A stretch of 63,566 nt of DNA, filler included, from Platydemus manokwari (GCA_037951405.1; 6 parts of 6 records of this genome joined end to end with filler, not necessarily neighbours in it), one strand, 5' to 3'. Positions 1-12,058 are shown, counted from the whole stretch's first letter. Numbers and translations are program-made. Notes: generated from the sequence alone by a model not told the origin.

Positions 1-1989
1 TTATTAAATAAATGTCAATTTGTATTTCATGTTTTAATTCAATATAAATATTGTTGAGTTTACCAAATTTCTTGATATATTGTAACTTAGGTCTAAACAA
101 ATTGAAAGTTATGTGCGAATTAGCTGAATATTAAAACCCTATCAATTATGAGTTATCAACTCTAAGTTATTTTCACTAATCAAGTCTCCCACATGAAACT
201 TCGAAATATTTGAAGCCACTGGGATTGCGTAATTTTACTATATAAAAATAAAAGGCTAATGATTTTGCACTTGCTCAACTTTATGTTAGACTCTTATCAA
301 GCACTTAAAAAAGGGTATGCTCGGCGAGATGACGGGATTAATTATGCTCCCAGTTTCACGAGACATTCAGATAAACGATTTTCTGAAAAACCAAAATTTT
401 ATTCTGGTGGAAAATCTAAACTTTACCGGGCAGGCGAGGCAATCGCGAAGGTTGTACAGAAAAAGAGTTTTGCGAAACGGATGCCAGATTCTATACATCC
501 AGTCACCAGGAATACTCATATAAAAACGATCCAAGGTCTGAAAGACGAAGTCCGAGAGGCCAAAAAGATCAAAATTTTGAAAATCTCAGAAATGTCCAAA
601 AAATTGAAGATCAATTATTAGTAGGCTTGGCAAAGATCATAAATGAGTACGCACAGAGGCAGCGAAAGTCAAAATCAAGGACCAAATATGACAAATCCAG
701 GTCGGTATCCAGAAAAAACTCCAAGCCCAGATCATATGCTGACGCAACGAAATTCAATAAAAAATCGAATGAATATGATCAAAGAAATGATAAACAGAAC
801 ATTAGACACATTCGTTTTGGTGATGATGGCTTTCAAGAAGTAAAATACAAGAAAGGTAAACATCAAAAGAATTATCAAAAAGTGGAAAAAATAAAGATAA
901 TCATCAATAATGCTAAAAGACAGATTGAGCGCAAACAAAAGCAGATCCCAAATAAATACCCATCAATGAATTCGGACAAAAATAGCAATACAATTAATAT
1001 CCAAATCAAATGTGATAATTTTGAATATCCGAGACAAACATGTGGCAAGTTATTGGTCCAAGAGCTTCAAAAGAAACGATGGTGAAAAAGCAACGAACAT
1101 TGAACCTTCTAAATAATCTGAGGAAAAGATTTTATTTTATAACAGCATTATCAGGGTTGTACTCAGTCTAATTATTTTTCACTTGAAATTAAGGTTAGAC
1201 CTTTAGGTATCTAGTTTTCTCCAATAGTGAAGTCTTCATACTTACTATTGAAGAACTTGCGAGACTTAAGAGTTAGAACTAGCAAATAATGAATATAAAC
1301 CACATAAATACAACATGCAAGTGTAGCTGAAGATAAATGTTAAAAAACATGTGGAGATTATTGGTAAAATACGAAACATGGGAAAATAAAGACAATGGAC
1401 ATAGAATACTAATAATGCGGATAAAAGCTAACAAAAGGTATAAGACGTTGGAAAATAATAAATAATAATCTCTGAACCTTCATCACTTTTAAATAATGTT
1501 GGGCACAACCCTTTAATAAATAATAATAATTACTAAATAAAAATTTTTCCAAATATCTGTACTGCCCCAATCTGTTCTGAAATTATTTTTTTTACTAAAA
1601 ATAGAATCATAATGAATTAAAAAATTAAAAATAGAAAATAAGTATATATAGATTATAATCCAGTTATAATAATAGCAAAACTAAATAGATAAATTTTAAT
1701 AAATAATATCCATAAATATAATTAATACATTAAGCAAAATATAAAAGAGAACTACTAATATAAATAAGAGAAGCAATTCATAAAATTCATGACAAATTTC
1801 ATCGATTGAATTGGATTTTTCGATTTTAGCAAGCATCGTGACAAGTCAATCTGTTTTTGAAGGATTGTATCGATATCCTTGTTGAAGATTTTACTGAACA
1901 CATCCTGTGGGATGAGTTTCTCCACAACAAACGTAGTTACACTTGCAGATCCGGAGGGATTAAGCCAGCTGCTGAAATCGAGTCAGTAA

Positions 1990-2430
1990 GTGACTAAGAC
2001 CGATGAAGAGGACCCCGATTTGAATGTTAAATGGTCTGATCTTAATAAAATATTAACACAATTTCAGAACAGTCAAAAGTGGAACACAAACAATGAGTAC
2101 GCGCGCAGCCGAGAAAATGGCGCACACAATTATAATTATAATTATTATAATTATTATCGATATAATAATGATAGGAAATATAATGATAATAGATTTGGTA
2201 ATAGAAGGCAAAATATCGGACGACAGAATTTTCCAAATACACATAATCGCAGAAGTCCTAGAAATAATCGAATATTCACAGGTAACAAAAGAAATTATAA
2301 TAATCAGAGTAAAAATAATTATACTTATGATTATAGGCACAGAAATAATAATTTCCAGTGAGATAATAAGCCAAGAAGCCAGTCCGCTGACGGATATGAG
2401 AGACAATCGTGGAGGAATAATAATAATAAT
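1990..2430 (+). pseudogene. Probable gag C-terminal remnant (Asn/Arg/Tyr-rich) of the Gypsy element in contig 1
   Basis: Low-complexity N/R/Y-rich ORF 1990-2361 directly upstream of, and on the same strand as, an RT fragment; no diagnostic motif. Confidence 0.35.
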
Positions 2431-2444
2431 TTAAACAATACAAG

Positions 2445-3170
2445 ATGGTACCAGTAAAGAAGAAAGATGGTGAAGTACGACTATGTGTTGATTACAGAGA
2501 ATTAGATAAAAAGACGAAACAAGATGTTTTTCCTTCACCAAACACAGGGGAAATATTCGACAAGCTAAACTGAGTGAAATATTATAGGAAATTAGATGTT
2601 AATAAAAGATATCATCAAGAAAGTGAGAAATATGAAAGATAAAGAAGAAGGTATTGAGTTAGAAAAGGAAAACGCAGTAAAAGCAGGAAGTGTAATGAAG
2701 ATAAAATGGGAAGAAGCACAACGACAAGCATTTGAGACATTAAAAAAGAACTTGACACAAGCACCAATATTGAGATATCCGGATATGGAGAAATCATTTA
2801 TTATCATAACCGACGCAATTGGAGGAGCGTTAGAAGTTGTACTAAGACAACATGATGAAGGAGAATCAGTTCACGCTTTTGCATATACCAGCAAATCATT
2901 AAACGGAGCTGAAAAGAATTATTCAACAATAGAAATAGAAAGTTTAGCAATCATGTTCACATTAAATGAATTCAGTCGATATGTTTATGAAACAGAGATA
3001 ATATTGAAAACCGATCACAAACTCTTGGAAAGCTTAATGAAACATAGAAACACATCAAGCAGATAAATCAAATGGGCATTAAAATTAGAAGATCACAATA
3101 TGAAAATAGCTTACATAACGTGAAAATCCAACGCAAACGCAGATTCATTATCAAGAATACCAGACAATGA
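2445..3170 (+). mobile_element. Degenerate Ty3/Gypsy pol: RT N-terminal fragment plus RT-connection/RNase H
   Basis: 2445-2573 reads MVPVKKKDGEVRLCVDYRELDKKTKQDVFPSP (Gypsy RT start); ORF 2596-3066 WEEAQRQAFETLKKNLTQAPILRYPD...IITDA...AEKNYSTIEIESLAI...KTDHK, continuing through a frameshift and stop to KSNANADSLSRIP; central RT (YxDD) deleted. Confidence 0.93.
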
Positions 3171-4436
3171 AGAAAAATCAGTACTAAAAATAAATGCAAT
3201 AGATGCATTAAACAGTAATATCCATAAACCAAGAAGTGAGCAGAATATAAAAGAAATGAGGATGAAAGTAGTCAATTAAAGAGAATAAGAAGAAATATGT
3301 TAAGGAAACAAGCAGAAAATACTGCCAATGAATATTCATGTTACGTTTGGGGATTGCTAATTTTATTTCTATTAACCTTATCAGTCTCGAAAAATTATTT
3401 TATTGTTGTGAATCACTGTTGTCTCAATCAGTCCTTTGTAGTTCTGATCAAGCCCTACGTACGAACTATTGAAACTATTTATTTCTTTCATCGCCTTGCG
3501 TTTATTATTGTACGATGACAATGTCAAATGGCAACAATGATCAATGGTTATTTTGTGAACTACAATGATTTACCGAAAAATTATCAGTCTCAAAACAAAT
3601 TAACAAAGCAAATCAATAACAACGCTTGGGTTTTATAAAATGTTTATTGATACTGAAATTACACTAACACCAACTATAAATTACTAGGATATTCAAATGG
3701 CTAAATAAAATATACAATTATACGAAAATCCCTATCAAGCTTCAGGGTAAGTTACACAATTAATAAACCACACGCTCCTGCAGCAAAACCACCTTTCAAG
3801 GTTATGAGACAAAGCTCTATAATTGGAAATTTACACGAGTTTTATAATACCGATCAGTTGGTTAAATAACGATCGAACTTACTTTAACGGGCATATAATT
3901 GAATAAAGGCTTGGTACAATTCTTCTGACAAATATGGGTAGGATCGAATACGAGAAATATGTTTTTGTTATAGACGACGCACTTTACACAATCTTCCTAG
4001 TGGTTTCAAATCGGACGAAAGTTATGAAATTTTATCTCCTATTTATACGATTCGGGAAGAGAATTTAATCGTCACGGATTGTTGGCAAAATTGGATACAT
4101 CTAAATCTATTCCCCCGAGAATTACCATTTATTTTATAAGATAAAAATTCGCTGGTTGTTTTAGAAATATAAGTAATATAATATATTTAGATTTAATATC
4201 CCAAATTCTTTGAAAGTATTAAAATGGTTACTATTATTTTAACCGTGTAAAAATTATTATTGTTATAATAATAATTATTATTCTTTTTAACCAAATTATC
4301 ATGAAGATTTATAAAAAATTTAATTGAAAAATAAAACAAAAGATAACACTTGATTTATCAAGCTTGGCAAAAAAAATTACTGCTTGAATAATCAAGCCAA
4401 ATTGATACATTTTGATACAAATTGATACATTGAAAC

Positions 4437-4862
4437 CTATTAACAGTTATAACAGCAGCAACGAAACAACAATTATTATTAGTTTATTACTATGGAGCAT
4501 TAGGAGGACATTTATCAAAAAGGAAAACTTATGGGAAATGACGATAAAAGTTTTATTTGGATAATATGTTAAAGAATGTAGAGCAATTATGCAAGCAATG
4601 CACATTATGCGCAACAAGACGAAACACAGGAAGGAATAAGAAGATTTCACTTAAGCCAATACCACCAGCTACAAGATCAATGGAATTACGTGAAATGGAC
4701 CTCAGGGATTCGTTGCCAACAACTTTAAGAGAGAATAAATATATTATACTTTTTTGTGATTATTTCACCAGAATGAATGGAGCGTTTGACACTGAAAATC
4801 TTCAAGCTGAAACCATAACCAAGTTACTAATAGAAGAAATAATATTAAAATATAATAAATAA
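4437..4862 (+). mobile_element. Degenerate Gypsy integrase (HHCC zinc finger plus start of catalytic core), truncated
   Basis: YYYGALGGHLSKRKT...CKQCTLCATRRNT...LKPIPP...NKYIILFCDYFTR...QAETITKLLIEEIILKY, with stops. Confidence 0.9.
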
Positions 4863-4899
4863 CGAGAAGAATGGTTACCAACAAAAATATCAATACAGT

Positions 4900-5110
4900 G
4901 AAAAAGTCATAAAGGCAACAAAATCAATAATAGCATCAACAATGCTAATAATAGTAATGTTAATAGTAATAATATATTGCAAATGTGTATTAATTCACAG
5001 AAGAAAAAGGAGAATACGACTACACACAATACGGACAGCAGTAGCAGCACCTACTAATATAACTAGAGCAGTTGCAACAATACCTAAATTAGCAGTAGTA
5101 GCTTCAGCGC
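4900..5110 (+). pseudogene. Possible env C-terminal transmembrane anchor remnant
   Basis: STMLIIVMLIVIIYCKCVLIHRRKRR: hydrophobic span, then Cys, then a basic stop-transfer cluster, immediately 3' of the truncated integrase. Confidence 0.4.
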
Positions 5111-5519
5111 TATTAATATTAGTACCATCCGGTGAACGAAATTGCCATCAGTCACAGTTAAATTATTTACTAGAGGACGAGAAATTTGCCAAATTCATTA
5201 TAAAAGGCTATCCCGGAATGGTTCCTGTAATGGTTCCAGAATTTACCAAGAAGAATCTTCAAAATCAAAGTAACACAACATGTCAGCTTATTAGGAGACA
5301 GATGTTGGAAATAAATTTGGAAAGAAATGGTAACACATCAAATATGAGGAGGAAAAACGAACGGTTACAATGTTCTTGTAAAGAAAGTCAAAGCCAATAA
5401 AATGTATCGAGCACAAATAGCGATGGAAACATCAGCCAAGGAAATAGTAGTGCAAACCCTATATATAGAAGAAAGGGTTTATATCATGAGGGAAAGCCAA
5501 GGAATACAATTATGTAAAT

Positions 5520-5980
5520 AAAAATACAATGCCTTTTTTTGAACACAAAGTTTGCAACCGATTACAATGAAAACATCATCCCACATGGATGGGAATAATG
5601 GACTATAAGGGCAACATGCTCTTTAGTTCATATTTATGCTCTAGAGCGCGTTAAGCGATTAAGAATTGAGAGGCAAGTGAAAATGCATGAGCTGAAGAAG
5701 ACTTCAGCCATACTGGAGTGCGTTGATCGAAACCCAATAGTTCCAACAACATTATTCAGAGCACAAATTAATCAAAGAATTTGAAAGCTAATTCCACTAG
5801 ATGAAGAAATGAAGAAGACAATGGCTCCAAAAGGACATATGATCATATGATCCGGAAGCACCTGCGAGAGGAATACTACCCTACAGAGAAATTCAAAGAT
5901 GGTCAACTAAAGTCCACAAAAACCACAGAATCAGAAAGAAAGAAAAGGAAAAGGATAAGAAAAGAGGTCGAAGTAGAAAA
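5520..5980 (+). pseudogene. Degenerate DEDDh (REX4/ISG20-like) 3'-5' exonuclease domain, copy 1, in the retroelement 3' region
   Basis: Reading across frameshifts: FLNTKFATDYNE/KHHPTWMGIMDYKGNMLFSSYL. LNTKF is LDTEF (ExoI) after two G>A changes, and the KHHPxxxGxxDYKG block is shared with copy 2. Confidence 0.6.
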
Positions 5981-7403
5981 AGATCGTATAAAAAACTGCG
6001 GAGGAAAAAACGAGGAACTCATATCAGAAAGAAACAGAAAAAGACGAGGAAATTCTGGAGGATGTCTTAAGAATCGAGGAATCCCTTGACGAATGTGAGG
6101 AATGGATAAAGGGAGAGGAAAACTCACCAATGAATTTTTTCCGTTGCCAACGGCAAACGAAGATTCGCAGGCATATTAATTTGAAGAGAAAAGAAAATAT
6201 CAATATCCTGAAGTGAATCCAGACGTCGATCTGAATAGTCAAATCTGAATAGTCAATTTATACCCCTACAGCATATTAAAATAACTATGCGAAGCCCGGG
6301 AAAGTAACAATGAAGGGACAAGCCATCAATGAGTAAACAATAGCTACCATTGTAGAGGGGAAAATATTAACCATTACGTTAACAATAGCAATGGTACTGA
6401 CAGGTACCAACACCCACACACGTTGCGTATAGTGGGTTCCAGTCGAAAGTCTAAAGGTATAAGAAAAGATATGAAAATAGTTATTATTAAAATATTTTGT
6501 TATTTATAAGCAATAAATTGTTATTTACAAATCAATATACAAACAGTATAATGATGTGACTCATGATAAAGTATGAGTATAGTAAGCAAACTAAATTGGG
6601 GAAAATTAGAGAACGAGAACACAGAACTTAAAAATTTAATTATTAGGAATTTAGAAATGATGCAACTAAATGTAATAATAATAAAGTAGTGAAAATGCTG
6701 AATGTAAAGGTGATCTCGGCAATCAATGAGGACTGGAATCGCTCACAGAGATCATATCTTAAACCCAAAGTAAGAATCATGTCATATATCACTGGCACCA
6801 AAGTAAAAATTAATAAACCCGAATTTAATGCTTTTTATTTCAGGCACGGATATTAAACAAACCCAAAAGGCAACATACTCCAGCAGATTTTACAGAGGCC
6901 TGCAATAGTCCATAGCCAAGGAGACAACACATACAATAGGACTATGACAGTATACAAGGATAGAAAAGATACCCAATAAGCTAAAAGCCCCAACCAAGAA
7001 TAATAGAACCTTTATAATAGTACACATCCTAATTCAGGGAAGATTAAGACTTGGAGATTTACTACTAAATATCCCATTTGGGACACATAGAATTGGGATT
7101 CACGTCATATCACCTAGAATAACTTTAAAGTTACGGACGGAGGAACACGATGTAGAGTTCTTCTCCACATTAAAAGTCCGTCTGAAATTAGCCCAGAGAC
7201 CGACGTGGAAGGCCAGCACTCTAAAAATCCATCAGAGCTCAATAATTAGAGTCTTTGATTTGGCAGCAACATTTGCTGTGGAGCGGCAAATGGTGGCAGA
7301 AGAAGCATGGCTTGTAGATATCTCATAAACATCATAGAAACGGAAAAGCAATTGCCGTTACAGGCACTAAATAGAGGATTAAGTTTTTAAGGAGTTGATT
7401 GCA

Positions 7404-7945
7404 ATGTCAGAGGTGCGAAAGGTGATCATCTTTGTAGACTTGAAAACAGCAGAGGATTTCTTTGGAAAACATCACCCGGCTTGCGTAGGAGTGATAGATT
7501 ATAAAGGAAAGACCTTAATCGAATTTCGTATCTAACCGAAAGCCGAGATTAAGGAGTATAATACTAGGCAAAACGAATTGGCAGAAAGTAACTTAAGAGG
7601 ATAGGTTGATGAAGAATGGGCGTAAGTGAGGCTCGTGGAAGTATAGCGAGGGAAAATAATAGTGAGGCAGAGATTGAAGGAAACATTGGCAACCATAGGA
7701 GTACGGCTAAAAAGGATAATGGGAAAACTGGATTTAAATGACGCTTCCATCATAAATGAAAAATTAACCAACGAAAGATGGACATGGGTCCTTAAAAAGC
7801 AAGAATATCTGTATCAAGCAAGATATAGGGTATTTATTATAGAGTAATACGACAAGTGATGAAGAAAGAAGAAATACAAGACACCTTAGATAGTGCTAGA
7901 GAGATATATAAAAATGTGAAAGAAGAATGAAAGGACCACGAGAAG
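7404..7945 (+). pseudogene. Degenerate DEDDh (REX4/ISG20-like) 3'-5' exonuclease domain, copy 2
   Basis: One frame from 7404: VIIFVDLKTAEDFFGKHHPACVGVIDYKGKTLIEFRI*PKAEIKEYNTRQNELAESNLRG*...V*RGKIIVRQRLKETLATIGV; after a frameshift, EIQ...AREIYKNVKEE* (TGA where REX4 has W). Colinear with REX4 motifs (LDCEM; ARVSIVDY.G; KP...I.DYRT..SGI; GKILVGH.L..DL; LY..V..EW). Confidence 0.72.
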
Positions 7946-8749
7946 AATACGCAACAAAGAAGATGGCAAGAAAAGGTGTCGACATATGAAATACAAGAAA
8001 AAAGCAAAGCAAAAACCAACACCCATCATGGAATGGGCAGACCCACAGCCAGAACGCTGCTCATTGAAAAAGACGTGCAAAGAATCTGCAGACTCATACT
8101 GTTAGACGAAGGGGTGAAAGAGAAAGAAACAATGGAATCCAATAGATCATATAAGCATTTGATCAGATAGCATCTGGAGAAATACTTTCCTCTGGAGAAA
8201 TACCCTAGTAAAAGGAAGAGAGCAGAAGAAAAACAGACTATGAAGCAGCAGGTGGAGTGCATAACATGGATTTAAAAACTGATATCACAGATGGGTAAGA
8301 AGACCAGGACGATGACTTACAGGACTTGCTGAAATGGAGCTGTGAATATGTGGTAGCCGTTGCGATTAAAAAGGAGAGAATGGACGAAATAAAAGAAAAA
8401 TGGGATAACAAAGGAATACGGGAAAGATAAAAATAATTGATAAAAGATAAGGAATCCAAAAGCCAAAAGTGGATAGAGATGTTGGAGATAGAGGCAGCTG
8501 TAAAGGAATATAATAAATAGCTGCAAGAGTAATTATAAAAGAAGAAGAATCAAAAGTTGCAAGCCCGAAAGGAGAAGCAGCGTCCTTACTAGGAGAAGGG
8601 CAAGAGAGTGCCGGAATAAAAGAAACCAAAGCCTCGGGTTTAAAAATCAGAAAGGTATATGGGATATATCCCATCGTCAATACTCAGAAGAAATAAGGAA
8701 AAAGCAGAGAAAATCGAAGAAATTATTTAAAATCCACGTGGACGAGGCT

Positions 8750-9178
8750 TGTTACACCCCGAAATACTGTTGGGAACACCCACCCAGCGCTTACCAGTAT
8801 CCTTCCATTTTATACAATTTAGCCTTACCATCCCAGTTTATACAATTCATCCTCACATTGTTGATAAATAACACACATGTACCCTTTTACTGTAATACCC
8901 ATGTATAGCACACACCATGTATTATACGCATAACAATAGCGTATATAACCGTGTTTAATATATAGCCATGCATCACATACTCTAGCAAAATGGAAAGAAG
9001 AGCGCAAAGCAAAAGACAACATGATTACTGTGAACATAATGATTATTGCGTTAATAATAAACAATGAATTATGTGTTTTAAAGAGAATTGACAATACATG
9101 TGTTCTAAAGACAATTTATTATACGAAATAATTATATTTTATTATATTAATTATTTTTATATTGTGACAGTTGTAACG
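8750..9178 (+). repeat. Candidate 3' LTR of the contig-1 Gypsy element
   Basis: Begins TGTTAC where the purine-rich coding-like sequence ends, with a possible GTAAC(G) end at 9173-9178; no clear PPT or partner LTR in the window. Confidence 0.25.
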
Positions 9179-9779
9179 ATAAGAGTATTAATATGTGAAG
9201 TAATCATATCTGTGCTTGATTTTCATAATTTTTATATTTTTATATAAAAATCGGATGGACAAGAATTTCGGCAGATATAAAGAATAATAATATAACTTAA
9301 CAAAATAATAATATAGTAAAACAATATTATAAAATAATGAGATAAAGTAATAGTACAATAAAATAAAATAAAAACACTGCGATCAGTCAAAAAGGCGAAC
9401 CAGGAATATTACATAGAAAAATCATCACAGGCAAAAATCATCAGAAAAACATTACTCCAATAGAAAACGAGATAAATCATTTATTCAAAATAATTACAGT
9501 CGGATAAATGAAATATTGATCAATCAGTAGGTGTGGATATTTTTGTCAAATCACTTTGATCGGAGTAAGAGTCATTTATTTGGATTTGAATTAATCTTCA
9601 TCATATTCATTTTAAACATTTAAAAAATTAATTACACTTCGGCATCACTTACATTTGCAACAAGTGGTGTTCAACGCAGTTATAAGATCGCTTATATTTA
9701 ACAAGCTATATTCAACATCATTATAGTACTATTATTTTAATCTGCAGAAAGTTTTTGATTTATGCAATTTAAAATAAGG

Positions 9780-9978
9780 ACTTTTTCGTGTAATTTTTGT
9801 GTACAATAAGGACATTTATCATCTATCTATTTTTATTACAATCCTCACACATGTGATGTTTACAAAAAGTAAGCATAAATGTTTCCCCGTAACATATTAT
9901 ACATTTTTCAGAATTTTCTGATTTTTCAGTTTATCGTTTTCCATTTCCCTCAATAAATTTTAAATTATTTATCCTCAT
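9780..9978 (-). pseudogene. C3HC4 RING-finger gene remnant (stop plus frameshift), probably Polinton/virus-derived
   Basis: Minus strand from ATG 9978: MRINNLKFIEGNGKR*TEKSENSEKCIICYGETFMLTFCKHHMCEDCNKN/DDKCPYCTQKL = CxxC...CxH..CxxC...CPxC. Confidence 0.7.
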
Positions 9979-10006
9979 TTTTTATGGATTATTTTAAATT
10001 TAAAAA

Positions 10007-10536
10007 ATGAGTACAAATTATTTTTGTCAGATTTGTAAAAAAGAAATTTCTAAAAAGGCAAAACATGAAAAAACCAAATCTCATATGAATGGTACGAACA
10101 AAAGTAAGAATAATACGGGTATGAATTGTAAAAATAAAAGTAAGAAATTAAGAAATTTTGAATTTATTGGAGGTGACTCAACTAAGCTACCAACCGGAGG
10201 TGATATACGAGAAAAAATTACAAATAATCAGTTTTTAAATAAATTTAGTACTGGTTGTCATCCTGGAAAATTTCATTAAAAAAGTATGAATCCATTTAAT
10301 AAAACTAATCCTGTACATAATTATACAGTACCTGGAATGAATCTTCAAGAACATTTACAAAATTATAATCAGATTTTAAATAGTTATAATGAAACAGGAG
10401 ATTTGAATATTGTACCTATTCCAAAAGAAAATCATCAACCAGTAAATAGAATAGATGCCATAGCAATGCAACATGATGTTGATTATTTATCAAAAGATTT
10501 ACAAGATAGACATTTAGCCGATGTTAAAATGATACA
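10007..10536 (+). pseudogene. Parvovirus-VP1-type phospholipase A2 (Polinton/Maverick/adintovirus PLA2X-like) with an N-terminal C2H2-like finger; one in-frame stop; cut by contig end
   Basis: ORFs 10007-10279 and 10286-10536 are in the same frame; CQIC...H.....H finger; HNYTVPG resembles the YxGPG Ca-binding loop; PVNRIDAIAMQHDVDY...DLQDRHLAD matches the P.N.LD..A..HD..Y...R..AD catalytic motif. Confidence 0.82.
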
Positions 10537-10636
10537 NNNNNNNNNNNNNNNNNNNNNNNNNNNNNNNNNNNNNNNNNNNNTTAATTAATTAANNNNNNNN
10601 NNNNNNNNNNNNNNNNNNNNNNNNNNNNNNNNNNNN
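10537..10636. other. Artificial contig linker
   Basis: 44 N + TTAATTAATTAA (stops in all six frames) + 44 N. Confidence 0.97.
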
Positions 10637-10879
10637 ATATATAATCAATAGTTAATAATGTATTATTATTTATAGTATGCTATTAATATATTATCATAAT
10701 ATATTATTAATTATAATATATTGTTGCTTAAAAAGCTTTAATAGAAGATATATAATGCGGATAGTTAATCAATTACTGGGCCCTGGCATTTATTAAAATT
10801 ATAGAAAACTAAATTTGCTACTCTTGACAAAATAATCGATATCGTTTAGATAAATCTAAGGATGAGTTTTATCAAATAC

Positions 10880-12058
10880 CTTGATCACAAATTGTGCCAG
10901 TCCAACGGGCATAGCATTGGCAGTAAAATCCATCTTTTGATTTCAAGCATGTACCTTTTTTGCATGGATTAGGTACACACGGATCTGAAAACATATCCAA
11001 TGAAACTCGAACAACAAAGTATATATAATAAAGATACCTATCTCACAGTTCTCTCCACTGAATCCTGAAGGACAAATGCATTTGTATGGGTGAGTCTGAG
11101 ATGGAAGATTTTCACAAATTCCTCCATTCATACAAGGATTATTTCCAGCGCAATGATTGAGACCTGTCATTGGAAGACATTGTAAATTTTCACATCATTT
11201 TTAAATTTGATAATACTTTGATCACAGAAATGTCCACCCCAGTTACTTTCGCAATAACAAGTCCATGGGGAGTCCACACAAGATCCATGTTTGCAACCCG
11301 GATACTTAATACATTCATCACAATATGGACCTTTCCAACCTTCGCGGCAACTAAAGGAGAAGAATAACCACAAATATTACAATTCTAATGGATTTTGTTT
11401 TGTAACTTACACACATTCTCCAGGTTGCGGACAATATCCATGAACTCGGTGACATCCAGCTTTGCAGACAGCTACAGAATACAAATTAATTTTGTCTTAA
11501 AATACCTCAATCTAATATATTTCTTGTGTGTTGATACCTAATCAAAATTATCATAGACACCAAGACGTTTATGTTCTCAAAATCATGATTTACGAAAAAT
11601 CAATAATAGAAACTATATTAAGATGATAACCCTTTAAAAAATATAATATTCTTTGAAAAATAGCACGAAATAAAGTCGTCAGAAATATGATATCGTGATA
11701 TATGGCAGTTATGAAATATCTTATTAAATTGAAATATCTTACTGGTATTACAATCCAGGCCCATCCAGCCATGATCACAGATCTTGTCACCATTTTTATC
11801 ACATTTATAATGACCGGAATTAGGTTTGCAATATCTATCACAAGCTCCACCATAGTAATCTGCTTTACATACCAAATTGATACTGAATTGATAAACTGAT
11901 GGTCCATTCGGAATTAAAACGTCATGCCATTCAGGAGCATGTTTTCTTTCTATGGACGGTTTGAGAACGCTTTTGTAAACTACTCTATCAATTATTGCTC
12001 TGGAATATGGTCGTCTGTCTGCTGCATCGTATGCTTCAATGATCAATGTAATGTATCC
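10880..12058 (-). CDS. Ser: Serrate/Jagged-type Notch ligand, partial (MNNL C-terminus, DSL, EGF repeats); 5' exons unresolved, 3' end cut by contig end
   Basis: Phase-consistent GT-AG exons 12058-11743, 11471-11411, 11350-11217, 11163-11038, 10984-10880 give [11 protein letters not shown]...[113 protein letters not shown]...; [13 protein letters not shown] and NWGG favour Serrate/Jagged over Delta. Confidence 0.9.

Noticed and set aside
259-1085. Two Lys/Arg-rich ORFs (120 and 152 aa)
   Set aside because: No recognisable domain; probably decayed element ORFs, but they cannot be assigned or linked to the downstream Gypsy.
2053-2434. Poly-Ile ORFs (also 44871-45379, and poly-Asn/Tyr ORFs at 18303 and 34619)
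   Set aside because: Alternative-frame translations of (TAA/ATT)n-like low-complexity DNA.
9780-10536. Treating RING/PLA2 as further cargo of the adjacent Gypsy element
   Set aside because: They lie beyond the apparent end of the Gypsy-like sequence (~9180), differ in composition and orientation, and PLA2X points to a Polinton-type origin.
10581-10592. Recurrent TTAATTAATTAA palindrome as a biological motif
   Set aside because: Always centred between 44-N runs: an assembly linker.
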